In this document: one piece after another, positions 57,803 through 64,000 of the stretch
How positions within the stretch are numbered: position 1 is the stretch's first letter
Layout: the number at the start of each line of letters is the position of its first letter
Assembly (NCBI GenBank): GCA_022710715.1
Contig: JAKLGJ010000004.1
Coordinates: forward strand, 166-64,165
Length of the DNA stretch: 64,000 bases
Reading direction: 5' to 3'
Origin: Candidatus Omnitrophota bacterium
Lineage (GTDB): Bacteria > Omnitrophota > Gorgyraeia > Gygaellales > Profunditerraquicolaceae
Notes under the pieces: model-generated
Seen by the model: the letters and a program-made list of their open reading frames with translations, nothing else
Databases searched by the model: none
What the model was told of the DNA's origin: nothing
Program-made: the position numbers and the translations under genes

Positions 57803-59995
57803 ATGAGTATACGTAATGAGATCCTGTTGAAAATCAAGTCGGTTGACTTGGCGAAAACAGAGAAACCGGAGAAGGTCTCCGCGTATTTCGGGGTGAATAC
57901 GTTCAGCCTCGCCACCATGAGCGAGCACTTGTCCGAAAAAACCTTCGAAGCTTTTAAACGCTGGATGGCCGCTGGAGAAGTGATTTCGCTGGAACAGGCC
58001 AACGAGATCGCCGAAGCTATGAAAGAATGGGCCATGGCTAAAGGCGCGACGTATTATACGCATTGGTTCCAGCCGATGACCGGTCTGACCGCCGAGAAAC
58101 ACGATTCATTCATCGCCATCACCGGGCCGGGAACAGTCCTGGAGAAATTTTCCGGTTCCAAACTGATTCAGGGCGAGCCTGATGCTTCCAGTTTCCCTTC
58201 GGGCGGCATCCGCGCAACCTTCGAAGCCAGAGGGTACACTGCCTGGGATCCTTCCAGCCCGGCGTTCATTATCGAGACCGCGCTGGGAAAAACCATGTGT
58301 ATCCCGAGCATATTCATTTCCTATACCGGAGAGGCCCTGGATAAAAAACTGCCGCTTTTACGCTCGGATGAAGCGGTGAGCAAAGCCGCGATCGATCTGC
58401 TGCGGCTGTTCGGCCATACCGACGTCAAGAAAGTCTATTCGACCTGCGGCCCGGAACAGGAGTATTTCCTTATCGATCGCACGTATTACAATCTCCGTCA
58501 GGATTTGATCCTCTGCGGCCGCACATTAGTGGGCGCGCCTTCTCCCAAGGGACAGCAGATGGAAGATCAGTATTTCGGCGCGATCAAGGAACGGGTTCAG
58601 AATTACATGTTTGAAGTGGCCCAGGAGGCTTATAAGCTCGGTATCCCGCTGATGACCCGGCATAATGAAGTGGCCCCGCATCAGTATGAGTTTGCGCCCA
58701 TCTTTGAGGAATCGAATCTGGCCGCGGATCATAATCAGCTGTTGATGGAGCTGATGAGAAAGATAGCTCTGCGCCATAACCTGGTGTGTTTGCAGCATGA
58801 AAAACCTTTTGCCGGGATCAACGGCAGCGGCAAGCATTTGAACTGGTCGCTGGCAGACGATAAGGGCACGAATCTGCTTAACCCCGGCGCGACGCCCGAA
58901 GACAACCTGCAGTTTTTAACGGTGCTGGTAGCGGTTTTACGCGCGGTCTACCTGCACGCGGATCTCTTGCGGGCAAGCGTGGCATTGGCGGGGAATGAAC
59001 ACCGGCTGGGAGCCAATGAAGCGCCGCCGGCGATCATGTCGGTATTTCTTGGCGAACAGTTGAGCGCCATTCTGGATACGATCGAAAAAGGCACCAAGTC
59101 CACGGTCTCCCGGAAGAATGTGGTGGATATGGGCGTATCGCGGCTGCCGCAGTTCAATAAAGATACCACTGACCGCAACCGCACCTCGCCGTTCGCATTC
59201 ACCGGCGCGAAATTCGAATTCCGGGCAGTAGGATCTTCGCAGAATATCTCGACACCGATCATGGTGGTCAATACCATTATTGCCGAGTCCCTGGATTATG
59301 TTACCGACAGGATCAAAGCGGCGATGAAGAAACAGGATTTTAACGGCGCAGTCATGAGCGTACTATCCGAGCTGATCAAAGAAACCAGGCATATCCGTTT
59401 TGAAGGCAATAACTACGCCGAGGAATGGGTCAAAGAAGCCAGGCGCCGCAAGCTTCCCAATGTCGCTTCTACCGTAGAAGCACTGGAAGCGCTTTCCCGG
59501 AAAGAGAACATTGCCCTGTTCGAGAAATACAAGGTTCTTTCCGAGACAGAGCTGCGCGCCCGCCACCATATCTGGGTAGAGACGTATTGCAAGTTGCTTG
59601 AGATCGAGGCCAATACGCTCAAGGAGATGGTTAACTCCAGCATCGTCCCTCCGGGGTATGAGTATCAGAGTCTTCTGGCGAACAATGTATCTCAACTGAC
59701 GGCGCTGAAGAGACAGACCGGGTTCACAATCGATCCTAAAGCTTACGCGGACCAGGCCGGGCATCTGTCGGACGTGACCGAAAAGATTTTCTATGTACGC
59801 CGCACTACGGGTGAGATGGAAAAGCTGCTTGTCAAAGCTGCGCGCCTTGATTACGAAGAGCGCGCACATGTGTATTTTGACGAGCTCAAACCCCTGATGG
59901 AGCACATCCGCAAGCACGCCGATGCTCTGGAATGCGTAGTTTCCGACGATCGATGGGTATTGCCGAAGTACCGGGAGATGCTGTTTATTAAATAG
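57803..59995 (+). CDS. glnN: Glutamine synthetase type III
   Basis: ~730-aa GS with GSIII-specific N-terminal extension and conserved catalytic regions (NGSGKHLNWS, the ATP-binding region). Confidence 0.9.
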   Translation: MSIRNEILLKIKSVDLAKTEKPEKVSAYFGVNTFSLATMSEHLSEKTFEAFKRWMAAGEVISLEQANEIAEAMKEWAMAKGATYYTHWFQPMTGLTAEKHDSFIAITGPGTVLEKFSGSKLIQGEPDASSFPSGGIRATFEARGYTAWDPSSPAFIIETALGKTMCIPSIFISYTGEALDKKLPLLRSDEAVSKAAIDLLRLFGHTDVKKVYSTCGPEQEYFLIDRTYYNLRQDLILCGRTLVGAPSPKGQQMEDQYFGAIKERVQNYMFEVAQEAYKLGIPLMTRHNEVAPHQYEFAPIFEESNLAADHNQLLMELMRKIALRHNLVCLQHEKPFAGINGSGKHLNWSLADDKGTNLLNPGATPEDNLQFLTVLVAVLRAVYLHADLLRASVALAGNEHRLGANEAPPAIMSVFLGEQLSAILDTIEKGTKSTVSRKNVVDMGVSRLPQFNKDTTDRNRTSPFAFTGAKFEFRAVGSSQNISTPIMVVNTIIAESLDYVTDRIKAAMKKQDFNGAVMSVLSELIKETRHIRFEGNNYAEEWVKEARRRKLPNVASTVEALEALSRKENIALFEKYKVLSETELRARHHIWVETYCKLLEIEANTLKEMVNSSIVPPGYEYQSLLANNVSQLTALKRQTGFTIDPKAYADQAGHLSDVTEKIFYVRRTTGEMEKLLVKAARLDYEERAHVYFDELKPLMEHIRKHADALECVVSDDRWVLPKYREMLFIK

Positions 59996-60012
59996 CAGCA
60001 TCTTCTTTGTAC

Positions 60013-60046
60013 GACGCCCTCGTATGCGCACCGGGGGCGTTTTTTG
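60013..60046 (+). terminator. Rho-independent terminator after glnN (GACGCCC-N15-GGGGCGT + TTTTTT)
   Basis: Hairpin plus U-tract 18 nt after the stop codon. Confidence 0.6.
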
Positions 60047-60098
60047 CAGGTCGCGTGATTAATAATTAAGCAGAAAATGACTTGGTGCGGAGGCAGGC

Positions 60099-60479
60099 AT
60101 GATCACGGTTTTGATCACTGAAAATGAGGCAAAAATCAAGGCTATGCTGATGCAGATACTGCAGAAGCAGGGATATGCTTTTGCTCCGGATGCCCCTGTC
60201 GTGGAGAGCGTGGTTCAGGTGTTAAGTTCCGAAGAAGCGAACCGGTTGTCGTTGAAGGAGAAGATCGGAGAGATCGGAGACGCTCTGCTGCATGAAAAGA
60301 AGGGCCAGCTTTATAAGTCGATCCTGGCGATCATCGAGAAACCGTTGCTTGAACATGTGCTTGCGCGCACTGAAGGCAATCAACTCAAGGCCGCGCGCAT
60401 TCTGGGGATCAATCGTAATACCATACGCGCAAAAATCAAAAAACTGGGCATAAATACCGGTGAATGGAAGAACGCATAA
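60099..60479 (+). CDS. Small Fis-type HTH DNA-binding protein (126 aa)
   Basis: C-terminus [25 protein letters not shown] matches the Fis/NtrC-type HTH_8 motif. No receiver or AAA+ domain. Confidence 0.6.
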   Translation: MITVLITENEAKIKAMLMQILQKQGYAFAPDAPVVESVVQVLSSEEANRLSLKEKIGEIGDALLHEKKGQLYKSILAIIEKPLLEHVLARTEGNQLKAARILGINRNTIRAKIKKLGINTGEWKNA

Positions 60480-63400
60480 TGAATACGCGTAGTACTGCTG
60501 CCGCTAACTCTGGATTATACGACCCGCGTTTTGAGCACGACGCCTGCGGGGTAGGCTTTGTCTGTAATTATAAGGGTACCAGATCGAACCGGGTGATCCG
60601 TCAGGGATTGGAAGTCCTTAGCCGATTGGCGCATCGCGGGGCGACCGGCGCTGACCCCAGGACCGGGGATGGCGCGGGGATCCTGATCCAGGTCCCGCAC
60701 GAGTTTTTTCTTCAGGAATGCGTCAAAGCAAAGATCCGTTTGCCTGCAGCCGGTTCCTATGGTGTCGGAATGGTCTTTCTGCCTCCGCTTGCCCAAGAGC
60801 GGCTTGCCTGCAAAGAAATTGTGGAGAAGATCGCCCGCGAAGAAGGATGCCTGGTGCTGGGCTGGCGGCCGGTACCCGTGGATGATGCGGATATCGGCGT
60901 CACTGCCCGGCGTACCCAACCGGCGATTGAACAGGTGTTTATCGGTGAATCTGCGCAGCTGGCAGCGAAGCGCCCGTCCGGGGATACTCTTTTTCTGGAG
61001 CGTCGCTTATATGTGATCAGAAAAAGGGTGGAGAGCGTTATCCGCACATCTTCCTCAAAACAGGAATCTTCCTTCTACATCACGAATCTTTCCAGCCGCA
61101 CCTGCGCGTATAAAGGTTTGTTAATGCCCGGCCAGGTCGTCCGGTATTTCCCGGATTTGAGCGATCCTCTGCTCAAAAGCTCCATCTGTCTGGTGCATTC
61201 ACGCTACAGCACCAATACTTTTCCGACCTGGGATCTGGCCCAGCCGTTCCGCTATCTGGCGCATAACGGGGAGATCAATACTTTGCGCGGCAACATCAAC
61301 TGGATGCAGGCGCGGGAAAGCCTGTTGCGAAGCGGATTGTTCAAATCGCAGATCGATGCATTGAAACCGGTCATCGTGCCGGGAGGCAGCGACTCCGCCA
61401 TGCTGGATAATATCTTCGAGTTGTTGTATCTTTCCGGCCGACCGCTGGCGCAGGTGATGATGATGCTGGTGCCTGTGGACTGGGAGAACAACCCGGAGGC
61501 TCCGGATAAGCTCAAGGCTTTTTATAAATACCATGCTTGTCTGATGGAGCCCTGGGATGGTCCCGCGGCGATTTGTTTTACCGACGGGATACGTATCGGC
61601 GCGATGCTGGACAGGAACGGTTTGCGCCCCTGCCGGTATCTGGTGACCAAACACGACCAGGTGATCATGGCATCGGAAGCAGGTGTACTGGATATCCCTG
61701 CGGAAGATATCTTAAGTTCCGGCCGGCTCGAACCGGGCAAGATGTTTTTTATCAATACCGAGGCAGGCCGGATAATCGGCGACCGGGAACTTAAAGAGCT
61801 CATCGCCGCCAGGCAGCCGTATCAATCCTGGCTTGACGAATATATGGTGGAGCTGGACACTCTGCCGCGCTCCACTCCCCGGCGCGGTCGATTTTCTCAA
61901 GAAGAGCTTTTCGGGTTGATGAAAGCTTTCGGGTATACCCGGGAAGACCTCAAGATGATCATCAAGCCGATGCTGGAGACCGCGCAGGAACCGGTGGGAG
62001 CCATGGGTAACGATACCCCGCATGCCGTGCTTTCCGCTCAACCGCAGCTGCTCTACAGCTATTTCAAACAGCTGTTTGCCCAGGTGACGAATCCGGCGAT
62101 CGATCCCATCCGCGAAGAGCTGGTGATGAGCCTGGCCACTTATCTCGGTCCGGAGAAGAATCTGCTCGAAGAAAGCCCGCTGCATTGTCATAAGGTCCTG
62201 GTGAAACAACCCATCCTGGATAATGAAGAGCTCGAACGTATTCGCAGTATCAAAGTCAATTCTTTCCGTACCAAGACCATTTCCCTGCTCTTTGACGCGC
62301 GGGATACTGCGGATTTCCTTAAAGCGTTGCAGCGTGTCTGCGAAGAAGCCGCCGGCGCGATCAAGCAGGGGTACACGTTCATTATCTTAAGCGACCAGGG
62401 CGTGGATAAACAGCGCGCCGCTCTCCCGGCTTTACTGGCGTGTTCCACGGTGCATCAGTATCTGGTCAAGCGGGCCCTGCGGTCCCAGATCGGGATCATT
62501 GTAGAGAGCGCTGAACCAAGAGAGGTGCATCATTTCGCGCTGCTGCTTGGCTATGGAGCGGATTGCGTCAACCCTTATCTGGCGTATGCGGTGGTCGAAC
62601 ATAGTGCGCAGGAGGAAGATAGCGAGCTCGATGCCCATACCTGCCGACATAATTATATCAAGGCAGTGCATAAAGGGATATTGAAGATCCTTTCCAAGAT
62701 GGGCATTTCCACGCTGCAGAGTTATCGCGGAGCCCAGATATTCGAAGCGCTGGGATTATCCGCAGACGTCATCGACCGTTGTTTCACCGGCACGGTCTCG
62801 CGTATCGGAGGAGCAACTCTTTCTATGATCGCGCGGGAAACGCTGCAACGCCACCGCCAGGCCTGGCCGGCCAGGTATGGATACAGCGGTCCGGAAATTC
62901 TGGCCAGCGGCGGTCTGTATCAATGGAAGAAAGACGGCGAATTCCACCTCTGGAATCCTGAAAGCATAGCGGCGTTGCAGGACGCAGTGCGCAACGAGAA
63001 CTTCGCGCGTTATCAGGAATTCGCGAAGCTGATCAATGATCAATCGTCTCATCCGACTACCCTGCGCAGCCTGTTCGTTTTTAAGAAGACAGAAGCCATT
63101 GATTCCGGTCAGGTGGAAACCGTGGAAAGCATCGTCAAGCGGTTCGCCACCGGCGCGATGAGTTTTGGTTCAATCAGCGGCGCAACCCATAAAACTATCG
63201 CGGTGGCGATGAATCGCCTGGGCGGCAGGTCCAATACCGGAGAAGGAGGAGAGGATCCGGCTCGTTTTATCCGGCTGCCTAATGGCGACAGCATGCGCAG
63301 CGCCATCAAGCAGGTCGCCTCCGGCAGGTTTGGAGTGACTACCAATTACCTGATCAATGCCGATGAGCTGCAGATCAAGATCTGTCAGGGCGCAAAACCC

Positions 63401-64000
63401 GGGGAGGGAGGACAATTGCCCGGCCATAAAGTCAGCGCTATCATCGCCCGGACGCGTTATACTACGCCCGGAGTGATGTTGATCTCGCCTCCCCCGCATC
63501 ACGATATTTATTCTATCGAGGACCTGGCTCAACTGATTTTCGATCTCAAGAACGTCAATCCCCGCGCGCGTATCAGCGTGAAACTGGTATCGGAGATAGG
63601 GGTGGGGACCGTGGCTGCCGGAGTGGCTAAAGGACATGCCGATATGATTTTGATCTCGGGCGGCGACGGGGGAACCGGCGCTTCTCCCTGGAGCTCGATA
63701 AAACACGCCGGGTTACCCTGGGAGCTGGGGCTGGCCGAGGCGCATCAGACCCTGGTGCTCAACGATCTGCGCAGCAGAGTGCGCTTGCAGACTGACGGGC
63801 AGATGCGCACCGGCCGCGATGTGGTCATCGCCGCATTGCTGGGGGCGGAGGAGTTCGGTTTTTGTACCGCGGTGCTGGTCACTCTGGGCTGCGTTATGCT
63901 GCGACACTGCAACCTGAACAACTGTTCGCTGGGCGTGGCTACCCAGGATGAACTTCTGGAAAAACGTTTTTCCGGACGGCCGGAGTACGTGATCAATTAC
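60479..64000 (+). CDS. gltB: Glutamate synthase large subunit (N-terminal amidotransferase, central and FMN domains), 3'-truncated by the window end
   Basis: Starts [28 protein letters not shown] (Cys1 Ntn amidotransferase). FMN-domain motif [12 protein letters not shown] at ~63143, in the same frame. The ATG overlaps the upstream stop (TAATG). The ORF is missing from the six-frame track because it has no stop inside the window. Confidence 0.9.
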   Translation, partial: MNTRSTAAANSGLYDPRFEHDACGVGFVCNYKGTRSNRVIRQGLEVLSRLAHRGATGADPRTGDGAGILIQVPHEFFLQECVKAKIRLPAAGSYGVGMVFLPPLAQERLACKEIVEKIAREEGCLVLGWRPVPVDDADIGVTARRTQPAIEQVFIGESAQLAAKRPSGDTLFLERRLYVIRKRVESVIRTSSSKQESSFYITNLSSRTCAYKGLLMPGQVVRYFPDLSDPLLKSSICLVHSRYSTNTFPTWDLAQPFRYLAHNGEINTLRGNINWMQARESLLRSGLFKSQIDALKPVIVPGGSDSAMLDNIFELLYLSGRPLAQVMMMLVPVDWENNPEAPDKLKAFYKYHACLMEPWDGPAAICFTDGIRIGAMLDRNGLRPCRYLVTKHDQVIMASEAGVLDIPAEDILSSGRLEPGKMFFINTEAGRIIGDRELKELIAARQPYQSWLDEYMVELDTLPRSTPRRGRFSQEELFGLMKAFGYTREDLKMIIKPMLETAQEPVGAMGNDTPHAVLSAQPQLLYSYFKQLFAQVTNPAIDPIREELVMSLATYLGPEKNLLEESPLHCHKVLVKQPILDNEELERIRSIKVNSFRTKTISLLFDARDTADFLKALQRVCEEAAGAIKQGYTFIILSDQGVDKQRAALPALLACSTVHQYLVKRALRSQIGIIVESAEPREVHHFALLLGYGADCVNPYLAYAVVEHSAQEEDSELDAHTCRHNYIKAVHKGILKILSKMGISTLQSYRGAQIFEALGLSADVIDRCFTGTVSRIGGATLSMIARETLQRHRQAWPARYGYSGPEILASGGLYQWKKDGEFHLWNPESIAALQDAVRNENFARYQEFAKLINDQSSHPTTLRSLFVFKKTEAIDSGQVETVESIVKRFATGAMSFGSISGATHKTIAVAMNRLGGRSNTGEGGEDPARFIRLPNGDSMRSAIKQVASGRFGVTTNYLINADELQIKICQGAKPGEGGQLPGHKVSAIIARTRYTTPGVMLISPPPHHDIYSIEDLAQLIFDLKNVNPRARISVKLVSEIGVGTVAAGVAKGHADMILISGGDGGTGASPWSSIKHAGLPWELGLAEAHQTLVLNDLRSRVRLQTDGQMRTGRDVVIAALLGAEEFGFCTAVLVTLGCVMLRHCNLNNCSLGVATQDELLEKRFSGRPEYVINY

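Overview
This is a 64-kb bacterial chromosomal segment with high GC (roughly 58-60%), a Gram-negative-type envelope (LPS) and dense, largely co-directional coding. Every supported gene is on the + strand except one Ski2-like helicase; intergenic gaps are short and many neighbouring genes overlap by a few bases, indicating long operons.

Gene content, in order:
- aroC, spoVG and aroK.
- An 860-aa Ser/Thr-rich signal-anchored protein ending in five near-identical 96-bp (32-aa) tandem repeats, plus a translationally coupled small ORF.
- The housekeeping block dprA-topA-xerC/D.
- waaA (Kdo transferase).
- A Cys-rich pseudopilin, a STAS-PilZ fusion and a HAD hydrolase.
- A copA copper P-type ATPase preceded by two small envelope proteins.
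- A nitroreductase.
- A complete EF-G carrying a ~335-aa N-terminal extension (transmembrane anchor, coiled coil, Pro/Glu-rich linker).
- An SOS cassette (leaderless lexA, a 92-aa ORF, dinB), an MFS transporter, a membrane protein and a GH94-like enzyme.
- A tightly overlapped lipid A / LPS-core operon: lpxK, an LpxL-ELM1 fusion, a GT4-GT9 fusion, GT4, a deacetylase, GT9 and a GT9-GT9 fusion.
- A nitrogen-assimilation supercluster: gdhA, a PilB/GspE-REC fusion, glutamine-dependent nadE, a sigma factor, glnB-amtB-glnK, a nine-gene V/A-type ATPase operon, usp, ptsN-like EIIA, glnN (GS type III), a Fis-type HTH protein and the start of gltB.

No rRNA, tRNA, CRISPR array, transposase or phage gene was recognised.

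The most notable non-coding signals are:
- A two-hairpin RNA-like motif that shows compensatory stem changes, sits 5' of gdhA (tandemly duplicated) and of glnK, and abuts the Shine-Dalgarno sequence.
- Terminator-like hairpins with U-tracts placed immediately before the ribosome-binding sites of nadE, glnB and glnN.
- Two promoter-then-terminator mini-units (~60 nt) that share an identical U-rich tail.
- A 7-N2-7 inverted repeat in the lexA promoter spacer.
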